Source: an uncultured delta proteobacterium
GTDB lineage: Bacteria; Desulfobacterota; RBG-13-43-22
NCBI GenBank assembly: GCA_963802945.1
Contig: CAWDKY010000041.1
Location: forward strand, 1-40,214
DNA: 40,214 nt
Direction: 5' to 3'
Positions within the stretch are counted from its first letter, which is position 1, and every line of letters starts with the position of its first letter. A model generated the notes under the pieces. It had not been told where the DNA came from. It worked only from the letters and a program-made list of their open reading frames with translations, and made no database searches. The position numbers and the translations under genes are program-made. Positions 27,913 to 37,295 of the stretch are shown in pieces.

Positions 27913-29340
27913 TTAACGGCTGATACGATCCAGTTCCGTGCCGTCCGCCGCCAGCAGTCTGATCTCCAAAGGCATTTGGCCGATGGCGTGCGTGGCGCAG
28001 GACAAGCAAGGGTCGTAACAACGAATGGCTGCCTCAACCCGGTTCAACATGCCTTCGGTCAGTTGGTTCCCTTTCACAAAGGCCTTGGCCACCGATCCCG
28101 CTGCCGTGTGCATGGCCCAGTTATTGTTGCCTGTGGCCACGATCAGATTCACCCTGGTCAATTGCCCGTTTTCGTCCGCACCGTAATCATGGAAAAGGGT
28201 TCCACGGGGGGCTTCAACCACACCGACCCCCTGTCCCGGTATCTCTTCCAAAGGCGGATAGTTTCTGACATCGTTGGACAGGATATCCGGGTCATCCAGC
28301 AACTGGCCTATTCTCTCCAAAGCATAGACCAGTTCAATCAGGCGGGCGTAATGGTAATACAGAGACCCCTCCACGGGCTTGCCGCCGTTGATCTGCTTAA
28401 ATAATTTAAATTCTTCCTGGGCCATCGGAGTGCCGATTTTGTCGATCACATTGAGCCGACCCAAGGGCCCGACACGGTAGAACCCTTGTGGCCAACCGAG
28501 CTTCCGTAAGTAGGGATGCTTGAGAAAGGACCAGGGTTCCACATGCTCGGCTATGTAGGAAAGATAATGTTCAGGTTTAAACTGGGCCAACAGTTTTCCG
28601 TTCGTATCTCTCGCCCGAATTTCACCGTCATAAAGTTGAAGGCCTCCCTCCTCATCCACCATACCCATATAATTGGAGGGAAATGAGGCAAAGACTTCCG
28701 CCGTTTCTTTATTGGCTCCCAGCCAGTCCTTGCCGATGCTGACCGCTACCTTGGCGATTTCAACCATAGTCTTAAGCTCGGCGGCGATCGCCTTGTGATC
28801 CTCCGGTTTCAAGGGGGCATTGACCCCGCCGGAAACGGCAAAATTGGCATGGATGCGCTTACCGCCCAGTCTTTCGATGATCTGCTGCCCGAAACGTCGA
28901 AGGTTCACCGCTTTCAGGGCCAGTTCCGGATTTTCTTCGACGATACGCAATACGTTGCGGGTCGCCGGATCGGCATCAAAACCGAACAGCAAATCCGGGG
29001 CGGCCAGGTAGAAAAAGTGCATGCCGTGAGACTGCACATACTGCCCCATATGCATCAATTCGCGTAATAATTTGGCTGGACGGGTCGGGACAACACGAGC
29101 CACACCATCACAGGCCTTGGCGGCCGCCAGGTGGTGACTGATCGGGCAGATTCCGCAAATACGCTGGGTAATTTGAGGCATTTCATAATACGGCCGGCCT
29201 TCAGTGAATTTCTCGAGACCGCGGAATTCATCGACATGAAAAAAAGTTTGTTCGACTTCACCCTGGTCATCCAGGTGGATGGTCACCCTTCCGTGACCCT
29301 CAATTCGTGTAATTGGTTCAATAGTTATCTTTCGCCCCAT
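27913..29340 (-). CDS. hoxH: [NiFe]-hydrogenase large subunit, Hox (group 3d)-like
   Basis: TRIEGHG, L1 QRICGICPISH, L2 CYDPCLSCATH plus a cleavable C-terminal extension (AIGQMPL...). Confidence 0.88.
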   Translation of the reverse strand: MGRKITIEPITRIEGHGRVTIHLDDQGEVEQTFFHVDEFRGLEKFTEGRPYYEMPQITQRICGICPISHHLAAAKACDGVARVVPTRPAKLLRELMHMGQYVQSHGMHFFYLAAPDLLFGFDADPATRNVLRIVEENPELALKAVNLRRFGQQIIERLGGKRIHANFAVSGGVNAPLKPEDHKAIAAELKTMVEIAKVAVSIGKDWLGANKETAEVFASFPSNYMGMVDEEGGLQLYDGEIRARDTNGKLLAQFKPEHYLSYIAEHVEPWSFLKHPYLRKLGWPQGFYRVGPLGRLNVIDKIGTPMAQEEFKLFKQINGGKPVEGSLYYHYARLIELVYALERIGQLLDDPDILSNDVRNYPPLEEIPGQGVGVVEAPRGTLFHDYGADENGQLTRVNLIVATGNNNWAMHTAAGSVAKAFVKGNQLTEGMLNRVEAAIRCYDPCLSCATHAIGQMPLEIRLLAADGTELDRISR

Positions 29341-29351
29341 AGACATTCTCC

Positions 29352-29897
29352 TCAATCATATGTAAATACTTCGGGCGGTAAAACCACTGGGGTTCGCCCG
29401 GCAAGAAGTTCCGTCAAAGCATAAAAAAAAGCATCCGCCCTCGGCGGACATCCCGGAATGAACAGATCCACCTTGACCACCTTGTCCACCCCCATGACCA
29501 TGTCCAAAGGTTTGCCCAATTCGGGAGAATCCGGAATCAACCCGTCAACGGTGCTTTCCGTTTCCAGGTAAGCCCTTTTCAAGGCCACATCGGTGCCTAC
29601 CAGATTACGCATGGCCGGCACGCCGCCGAAGGTGGCGCAATCCCCGACCGCGATTAGAATATCGCAACGTTCACGCATTTGTTTGGCGACTTCAATATTG
29701 TGGGTGTTGCAGATCGCCCCTTCCAGAATCCCTACCGTGACCCCTTCCTTCGGAGGATGCTTGAGATCGGTGATCGGACTGGAAGTAAACTCCACTAATT
29801 TAGATAATGGGACAATCCGTTCATCTATATCCAGCAATGACATATGGCAGCCAGCGCAGCCGGCCAGCCAGTCTGTCGCTATCTTTACTTTTGCCAT
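29352..29897 (-). CDS. hoxY: [NiFe]-hydrogenase small subunit, single cluster
   Basis: WLAGCAGCHMSLLD, GDCA..GGVPAMRN, IPGCPP; 181 aa. Confidence 0.88.
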   Translation of the reverse strand: MAKVKIATDWLAGCAGCHMSLLDIDERIVPLSKLVEFTSSPITDLKHPPKEGVTVGILEGAICNTHNIEVAKQMRERCDILIAVGDCATFGGVPAMRNLVGTDVALKRAYLETESTVDGLIPDSPELGKPLDMVMGVDKVVKVDLFIPGCPPRADAFFYALTELLAGRTPVVLPPEVFTYD

Positions 29898-29914
29898 TCA
29901 GACCGCTCCTTTCA

Positions 29915-31690
29915 TTATAATAACTTTTTCAAGCTGGCTGAAACCTCATCCGTGGAAACGGCGATTTTCCTGTCCAACTTTTCCGCCAACATTTGGAGAA
30001 TCTCCCAGTCAGACTTGGCCTGTCCCTCTGGTTTCACCGCACGGTTTACCAATTGAGTGCGGCCCTCCGTATTGGTCAAACTCCCTGTCCATTCCGACCA
30101 GATGGCCGAAGGCAGCACCAAGTCCGCCTTTTCAGTGAGTTCCGACAAATAACTCGACTGAACAATGATAAAAGCCCCTTTGGGAATCTTTTTCAACAAA
30201 TCCTTCCCATCACAGTTTTGCTCACCTTGAGCGACGTACAACAATTGAACAGCCGAAGGATTAAAACCGTTGTGGATTCCAAAAGCCTTGGAGGCCCTCG
30301 TATTGACCCCGGACTCCATGGCGATAAATTTCACCTTATCGTCCAATTTCTTCATCGCCGCAACCGAACTTTCAGAAATATCCGAACCGTACAATACGAC
30401 CGGGTTCTGCGCTCCATTGGCGATTTCAATGGCTTTCTGAATATCGCCTGTTTTCATGCTCAGATAGGCGAACGGGGTGAGGCCGTTTTCCCGATCATCA
30501 ACAACGATCAAGCGCGCCCCTTTATCCACGGTCCGTTTAATCAGGAAAGAAGCCACCGGCTGATCGACGACAGGGTTTGCGCCGATGACTAAAATGATAT
30601 CGCTTTGGGCGATATCGGCCAGAGAACCTTGCGGCTTTTTGTGAATTTGCGGCGCTGCAATATTGAGCAGGCCGATATTAGATACCTTAAGTTCATCATG
30701 AAACAACTTATTGATCAGATAAAGGGCTTCATTGGTTGAAAAACTGGTCGCCAGCACACCTATTTGTTTGGCTGAGGTGCCGCCGATCTGTTTCGCCAAA
30801 ATTTGCAGCGCCTCATTCCAGCCGACCGGTTTCAGTTTCTCTCCGTTTCGGAGCAGCGGTTCCGTTACTCTCTTGCGGTCATCATATAAAGGCTCAAATC
30901 GGCCCATTTTGCACAGCAGACCTTTATTGACCGGGGCGTCCCAATCTCCCTTGATTTGGAGGACATTCCCGCCGCGGGTCACGATTTCTATTCCACAGCC
31001 GATACTGCATTGTCCGCAAGTGCTTTTAACTTTCTCTGTCAGACTGTCCCGCCCCATATAGGCACTTCTTTTGTAAAATAAAGCCCCTGTCGGACATACC
31101 TGAGTGCAGGTACCGCAGGAGATACAGGAAGATTTGCCCAGAGGTATATCGGCATCGGCATGGATCATACTCTGATTGCCGCGCTGTTTTAAGCCGAGGG
31201 TGTGATTGGCTACCAGCTCTCCGCAGGCCCGGAAACATCGCTGGCACAAAACGCAACGGTTGTGATCCATCAAATAGTATTTTTGGGTGGCATCAATGGG
31301 AAATGGTTGGGTATAAGTCGGAAAGGCCCAATGATCGATACCATAACGGTATCCGAGTTCCTGCAGCTCACAACTGCCGCTCATTTCACAATAGGGGCAG
31401 AAGTGATTTCGTTCCGAAAACGTCAGACTGAGGATAAATTTCCGGGCCTTGACCACTTCGGGAGACTCTGTTTGTATTTGCATTCCTTCAGTTACAGGAA
31501 AGGTACAAGCTGTCTGCAGATTACGTTGTCCTTCAATTGCCACAATGCACATTCGGCAAGCACCGACGGCAGATAATGCCGGATGGTCACAGAGAGTCGG
31601 AATGTCAATTCCCGCTTGCTGGGCGGCCTTAAGGACCGTAATCCCCGCCTCTGTGGTTATTTTCCGGCCATTGATGGTAATATTCGCCAT
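29915..31690 (-). CDS. HoxU/NuoG-like Fe-S subunit with a molybdopterin-oxidoreductase-like C-terminal extension
   Basis: 2Fe-2S (IPTLC..GACRMC..AC), HFCPYC...C, two ferredoxin-type 4Fe-4S motifs, CGQCSIGC...LC, ADLVLP...TNTEGR. Confidence 0.85.
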   Translation of the reverse strand: MANITINGRKITTEAGITVLKAAQQAGIDIPTLCDHPALSAVGACRMCIVAIEGQRNLQTACTFPVTEGMQIQTESPEVVKARKFILSLTFSERNHFCPYCEMSGSCELQELGYRYGIDHWAFPTYTQPFPIDATQKYYLMDHNRCVLCQRCFRACGELVANHTLGLKQRGNQSMIHADADIPLGKSSCISCGTCTQVCPTGALFYKRSAYMGRDSLTEKVKSTCGQCSIGCGIEIVTRGGNVLQIKGDWDAPVNKGLLCKMGRFEPLYDDRKRVTEPLLRNGEKLKPVGWNEALQILAKQIGGTSAKQIGVLATSFSTNEALYLINKLFHDELKVSNIGLLNIAAPQIHKKPQGSLADIAQSDIILVIGANPVVDQPVASFLIKRTVDKGARLIVVDDRENGLTPFAYLSMKTGDIQKAIEIANGAQNPVVLYGSDISESSVAAMKKLDDKVKFIAMESGVNTRASKAFGIHNGFNPSAVQLLYVAQGEQNCDGKDLLKKIPKGAFIIVQSSYLSELTEKADLVLPSAIWSEWTGSLTNTEGRTQLVNRAVKPEGQAKSDWEILQMLAEKLDRKIAVSTDEVSASLKKLL

Positions 31691-31807
31691 AGCTATCTTT
31701 TCCTAACCTCCTTTTTACTTCTTTTTTTCTTTCCTTTGAAAAATATTCAATACTTACTGATAGTTTTAAAAAACAAGGGGACTATTTTTCAAAAAATTTA
31801 TGTATGC

Positions 31808-31836
31808 TATATAATTTATACGATCGATTGTGTCAA
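31808..31836 (-). promoter_or_regulatory. Putative sigma70 promoter of the hox module
   Basis: TTGACA-N17-TATATA on the minus strand, about 120 nt upstream of ATG 31690. Confidence 0.5.
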
Positions 31837-32333
31837 CAACAATTTAAGCATTTATTTTTAAAAGGGACTTATGACTAGATCTTGATATGACAGTCTACAA
31901 CTTTCATTAATAGAAACAATAGGTTTTATGTATTGATCCTTTCTGCTCAGTTATAAAAAAAGGAGTAGCCGACCGGCCTTTTTTTGTGATAGAACCCTTT
32001 CTCACCGATTGTCCTCGAATTAGTAGGGAATTGGAGAGGTTACCTAGAAAAAAGTTATCAAACAACTCATAAACTTACATCAAATCGTCCGAGAACTTAT
32101 CGTTAACCAAAAATTATCAGGGCATTTGGGGTCTTTTTTTAGGGGGAATCTTCAGTAACATCTGATTTTTTCTGATGGTCTGAAAATCGAACCACGGGCT
32201 GGATGCAGCCCTAACCCTTAGATCGAAACAAAGAAAAGGCGTTTGAAGAACAAAACTCCAACCGCCGGAATGCCATTAATTAAAATTGCTCTTTAATATT
32301 AGGTTCTAAGTTATGATCCTCGGTTTCGCCTAA

Positions 32334-33844
32334 TCAATGAACCGAACAGGATATACACGGATCATAGGATCGCACCAACATCGAGCAAAGCAACTCGAGC
32401 TGCTTATCCGTAAGCCCTTGGGGTGCAAATTGTTTAGCCAGTTCCTTCATATCAAAATGGATATTGGCATTATTTTGGGTCGTCGGGATAATACAATTGG
32501 CGCTTAGAATATGACCCGTATCATCATAGGTATAGTCATGATAGAGGATGCCGCGCGGTACTTCCACAGCCCCGACACCCCTGCCGGCCTTGGGCACAAC
32601 AGGCACCATGATGTTTTTAAAATCGTCTTCGAGTAAGGTTTCAATATAACGAATCGACTCAAAAACCACATGAACGCATTTCAATCAATTGGGCCACATT
32701 GTTCATAAAGGGATTATGCGAAACGGGTGCCAGTCCTAAAAACTCGGCCACCTTCTTGGCCTCGGGATGAAGTAGGGAGTAGTTGTTGTTAAAACGGGCC
32801 AGGGCGCCGACCGCCATGGATTCGCGGGAAAGCTTGCACCATTTTGAAGTATTATGTCGGATCGAGATACTCGTTGGTCATCTTTAGATATTCATCTTCC
32901 CTTTTGACCACACCGTCCGTAGAAATCAGATCGCCGCCGATAAAGGGATACTCATCCACACCCTTGAGGGAGACAAATTCCGTCTGGCGGACAAAATCAG
33001 GGATATTAAAGGTCTTAAACAACTCCGCCGTCATCTTCAGGTCGCCTACCGAGCGTTTCAATTCGTCGCGCAGAATGGCCAGGGCCTTTTTATCCGGGGC
33101 CATGGCCACACCGCCGACCTGTAATGAGACCGGATGGGTCGTTCGACCGGCCACCACATCGCAAATCCGGTTGCCCAGACTTTTCAGACGCGCGGCCATA
33201 TTGACAATCTCCGGTTTTTTATCCAGGAACGGCTTCACCGTTGGAAGCCCGATTAAGTCCGGCGCCGAATTTTCGGCAATACCAAACAGGGCCTCCTCAA
33301 TCTCTTCGCGCAACTCCGGGGCCAGCATCGATTTATCCCGTCGAGCCCCTCGTGCGGAAGGCTTGATGAACCGTTCTTGGGCCAGGGCCTCATCATAGAG
33401 ATAATCAGCCAGATTCGTGAGGCGGCGGGAAAGATCATAAACTTTAACTTCTTTTTCCAAGAGGTGGATTGCACTGGGCAAATTGAAAAAATCGGGTGCG
33501 GCTAGAAAAAAAAGGTGCAGGACATGGCTCTGGAGTGTCTCACCGTGCTTGGCCAGCATGCGTAATTTCCTGGCCGTCTCAGGTATGGTGACCCCCATGG
33601 CATTTTCGCTGGCCCGGATGCTGGCTAAGCAGTGACCTATGGAGCATATGCCGCAGATTCTGGCCGTGAGTATGCCGGCCTCGGTAAAGTGCTTTCCCTT
33701 GAGCATGGCCTCAAAGTATCTCGGGGTCTCGACGACATCCCAGCGCGCCTCTTCGACCTTACCGTCTTCAATACGAACCTTGATATTGCCATGCCCTTCA
33801 ACTCTAGTCAGATGATGAACGTCTACATTCAGTTGAACCTTCAT
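32334..33844 (-). CDS. Group 3b [NiFe]-hydrogenase alpha (large) subunit; two +1 frameshifts (about 32857 and 32680)
   Basis: TRVEGHG, L1 ARICGICSIGH, middle frame VGALARFNNN...NPFMNNVAQLIE, EVPRGILYH, L2 SYDPCISCSVH*. Confidence 0.88.
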
Positions 33845-34593
33845 TTTACCCCCTCAAATGCGCCATAGAAATTTAGTCGATCAGCGACCTGTTGGTCACT
33901 GAAACCTTTTTCGGATGCAATCTGAAAAAACTCCTTATAATTGGGATCCTCCGCCGGGCCGCGGCATCCCCAACAGCCAAGGCCGCCGGCTGGACAGGGT
34001 GCGTTGCAACCCGCCCGGGTAATCGGTCCCAGACAGATTTCCCCCATTTCAAACCTGCAGATCGTCCCGCGCTGTTTACACTCGACACAGACCGGGTAGA
34101 CTTGGAATTGAAAGGGAACTCCCCATACCAGGTGCCGAACAATTCTTTCCACCTCATCTTTGTTGACCGGACAGCCGGGTATCGCCAGATCAACACTGAC
34201 AACCTCTTTGATAGCCTGTGCCGGCATAGTTTCTCTGGGTGAGTCCCCATAGACAATTTTATTGGCCTGTTCCATGGTCATCTTGTTCTTCTGCTTGTTC
34301 ACACCGCCGAAGCAGGCACAACTGCCCAAGGCGACGAGAACCTTGGCCCGTTCCCTGATCTTTTTAATTCTTTCTATTTCATCACTTCTGGTAATAGAGC
34401 CCTCAATCAGGGCAATATCGTAGTCATCACTGCTGGCCGATGAGACCTCACGGAAGGCTAAAATCTCGATGGCCATCAGGAAATCGACCAGCGAATCCTC
34501 TTTGTTGGCCAACTGCAGTTCGCATCCCTCACAACTGGTGAAGTCAAAAACGGCGATACGAGGTTTTTGTTGTTTTATGCCTAAGTATTTCAT
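33841..34593 (-). CDS. Group 3b hydrogenase delta (small) subunit
   Basis: FTSCEGCELQ, GSCA, IPGCP, VCVEC, CLGPITRAGC.A.CP, CWGCRGP. Confidence 0.9.
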   Translation of the reverse strand: MKYLGIKQQKPRIAVFDFTSCEGCELQLANKEDSLVDFLMAIEILAFREVSSASSDDYDIALIEGSITRSDEIERIKKIRERAKVLVALGSCACFGGVNKQKNKMTMEQANKIVYGDSPRETMPAQAIKEVVSVDLAIPGCPVNKDEVERIVRHLVWGVPFQFQVYPVCVECKQRGTICRFEMGEICLGPITRAGCNAPCPAGGLGCWGCRGPAEDPNYKEFFQIASEKGFSDQQVADRLNFYGAFEGVK

Positions 34594-34606
34594 CTTTGTT
34601 CTCCCC

Positions 34607-35515
34607 TTAAATCGCTTCAATCAGGTTGATCACGGACCAATAATCAAAGACCGGGCCATCCACACAGGTGAAAGTTGAACCGACATTGCAACGACAGCAT
34701 TTTCCCATGCCGCAGTGCATCCTTCGCTCCAGAGAGACAAACATGCGCTGCATGGGAAGGCCCCTTTCCCTGAGTTGATTACAGACAAACTTAAACATGA
34801 CCGGCGGACCAATCACCAGGGCATAGGTATCGAGCGGATCGAACTGGATATCTTCCAGCAACTTGGTGATCAACCCTACGGGCCCTTTCCAATTGGCATC
34901 GGGCTGTTCGACAATAATCTGTATATTCATATCGTCGATTTTCCGCCACTCATCATACTGATAGGCAAACAGCAGTTGATCCGGCTGTCTGGCCCCGTAA
35001 ATGATATGGGCATCTTTAAATTCGGCACGGTTTTCAATCACGTGATAGATCGCCGAGCGAAGGGGCGCCAGACCTAAGCCGCCGGCTATCAGCAGGACAT
35101 TATGACCTTGTATCATGTCCATGGGAAAATGCGTTCCGAAAGGTCCCCGGAGACCGATAACGGCCCCCCGCTGGGCATTGTGCAGGACACCGGAAACCAG
35201 GCCGGCATTTCGAACACATAATTCGACATAGCCTTTCCGTGACTCTGAACTGGAAATAGAAATCGGCATCTCCCCGTATCCGGGGACTTCCACCATGCAA
35301 AATTGCCCCGGCAGGAAGCTGAACAGTTCTCGCTCCTTTTCATCAATCACTCTGATCTGGAAGAGCTTTTCCATCTCCGTCAGACGGATGACGTTGAGGA
35401 TCTCCGCCTTGAAGGCCCGATCGACATTTTTCAATGTCGCCACACTGTTAAAATCCACCGGCCGCCTTAACTGGTCGTCTTTGGTTACATCATATTGGGG
35501 GAAATACATGCTCAT
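34607..35515 (-). CDS. Group 3b hydrogenase gamma subunit (FAD/NAD(P)-binding, 2Fe-2S)
   Basis: PGQF, GEMPISISS, RGPFG, AGGLGLAPLRS, ERRMHCGMGKCCRC...CVDGPVF. Confidence 0.9.
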   Translation of the reverse strand: MSMYFPQYDVTKDDQLRRPVDFNSVATLKNVDRAFKAEILNVIRLTEMEKLFQIRVIDEKERELFSFLPGQFCMVEVPGYGEMPISISSSESRKGYVELCVRNAGLVSGVLHNAQRGAVIGLRGPFGTHFPMDMIQGHNVLLIAGGLGLAPLRSAIYHVIENRAEFKDAHIIYGARQPDQLLFAYQYDEWRKIDDMNIQIIVEQPDANWKGPVGLITKLLEDIQFDPLDTYALVIGPPVMFKFVCNQLRERGLPMQRMFVSLERRMHCGMGKCCRCNVGSTFTCVDGPVFDYWSVINLIEAI

Positions 35516-36555
35516 TCCTTTACCTCCGTCTGGATCTCCTGGATAATATCTTTAGGGTTAATCCCGGCCAAACACACTCGTCCACAGCGGTTGCAGCCCA
35601 CACACTTGGGTTCTCCATAGGATTCAACAAATCCACGATGCTGGTGGTAGTACCGGTATCGTAGTCTGTTTTCACGCTCGGGCCTGAAATTATGTCCGCC
35701 CGCAACCAAGGAAAAATCCTTAAGATTGCAGGAGTACAGCTTCTTGGTCTTTCGGCTGACCTTAAAATCCATCGAGGCGAGTTCGGTTATGCCGTAGCAA
35801 TAGCAGGTCGGACAGACCATGGCACAGCTACCGCAGCTCAAACACTTATCGCCCCACTTCTTCCAAAAATCCGATTTAAACTCCATGTCCAGGACATTGG
35901 GCAGATTCTTGACATTAATCAAGGGCTGTTCTTTCTTGGCAAATTGGCGGCGCTTCTCCAGATAGTCCTGGGTATCCTTATCGGTTACCTCATTATTTTT
36001 AACCTGCTGCAGAATATTGAATCCCTTATCCGAACCGATAGAAACGAAATACTTGTCTCCAATATCGGTCAGAAAGAGATCAAAACCTCTGGTAACGGAA
36101 TCCGTTCCTAAGGATCGGCAAAAGCCGCCTTCACAAGGGTCATGATCGATACCGATGATAAAGGCATTGTTTCTTCGAGCTAAGTAATAGGGATTGGGAA
36201 AAAATTCTTTGATGAACACCTTGTCCATTTTAAGCAGGGCATTGATGTCACAGGCATGCAGTCCTACAATCGCTCTGGGTTGAGACCAGTAGGTTATTTC
36301 CTGGCTCCAGTCCTTGCCGTCAAATTTGAAGGTGGACAGCACCTCCTCAAACGGTAAAAAATAGGACTTGGCGGAAAGGTCTGTGTTGCGATACTCGAGA
36401 TCCATCTGGTCGACTGATTCTATCGGCAAAAACTGATGAATGGGCTCGCCCTTGGCATTGACCCCGACCTTCTTGGGAGCAATCACCTCAATAGCTTCGA
36501 GCATCTGCTGCATCATGGACGTAAATTCGGATTTTGGCAATGTTCTGAATAACAC
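35512..36555 (-). CDS. Group 3b hydrogenase beta subunit (4Fe-4S dicluster, AsrA-like)
   Basis: CLSCGSCAMVCPTCYC and CVGCNRCGRVC; GTG 36555 with RBS AGGAG. Confidence 0.88.
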   Translation of the reverse strand: MLFRTLPKSEFTSMMQQMLEAIEVIAPKKVGVNAKGEPIHQFLPIESVDQMDLEYRNTDLSAKSYFLPFEEVLSTFKFDGKDWSQEITYWSQPRAIVGLHACDINALLKMDKVFIKEFFPNPYYLARRNNAFIIGIDHDPCEGGFCRSLGTDSVTRGFDLFLTDIGDKYFVSIGSDKGFNILQQVKNNEVTDKDTQDYLEKRRQFAKKEQPLINVKNLPNVLDMEFKSDFWKKWGDKCLSCGSCAMVCPTCYCYGITELASMDFKVSRKTKKLYSCNLKDFSLVAGGHNFRPERENRLRYRYYHQHRGFVESYGEPKCVGCNRCGRVCLAGINPKDIIQEIQTEVKE

Positions 36556-36630
36556 GTCTATTCTCCTTTTCTTAAAACCATAGAATGGGTTCCACCCCTG
36601 GAACTCCATAAAATGGTTTTATTAGGCATA

Positions 36631-36658
36631 TTGGGTTTCATCGGCTCAACCCAACCTA
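36631..36658 (-). repeat. GTAG-family REP-like palindrome
   Basis: Minus strand TAGGTTGGGTTGAGCCGATGAAACCCAA; only one copy seen. Confidence 0.45.
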
Positions 36659-37048
36659 TTTTTTTTCGGCAAGGGACGATTTTACGGCATCGAGCAAGGC
36701 ATCTGTCAGAACCGGCTTCCGCAGGATTCTTACCGTGCCCAGTTCCTGGGGAGAAATGCCATCCAGGCTTTCCTGAATTCCAAGGGCGGTTAAAAGAATC
36801 CTCGGAATATCTTTGGTCACCGGTTCGGCCATCAGAGACTGTATGAAGGTAAAGCCTTCGGAAAATTTCTCCATCATGACATCAATGATCAGTAAATCGG
36901 GGAGCTCCTTTTTGGCCTTTTCCATCCCAATCGTGCTGTTGGGAGCGGATATCACGGCATATCCTTTCGCTTCAAGAATTTTACTTAATGCCAGAATAAG
37001 GTCTTCATCGTCATCGACAAGAAGAATCTTCTGCTTGGAACCCGTCAT
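36656..37048 (-). CDS. Single-domain response regulator (receiver)
   Basis: ILLVDDD, PDLLIIDVMM, LLTA, KP. Confidence 0.92.
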   Translation of the reverse strand: MTGSKQKILLVDDDEDLILALSKILEAKGYAVISAPNSTIGMEKAKKELPDLLIIDVMMEKFSEGFTFIQSLMAEPVTKDIPRILLTALGIQESLDGISPQELGTVRILRKPVLTDALLDAVKSSLAEKK

Positions 37049-37295
37049 GGTATTCTCTCCTCTTTAATAGAAATGATAAGAATTCCCTTAATTATATTAG
37101 CAATTTTAATACCATTACCTAACAGATTAATATCACTTGCCATTTTTATTGACCAGGGCTATTATATTGTGAGCAAGGGGGTAACTTACCCCAATATAGG
37201 GGAGATATTACCCGGTGTGCAAGGGGACGTTGCCACGGCAGCGACAGGAAAAACAAGGGAAAAAATACAGGAACTGTAATGTTAATGAACTTAGG

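Noticed and set aside
31700-32330. 640-bp AT-rich gap as an ncRNA or lost hoxEF remnant
   Set aside because: No recognisable RNA motif or NuoE/NuoF-like fragment; only promoter-like and weak hairpin signals are present.
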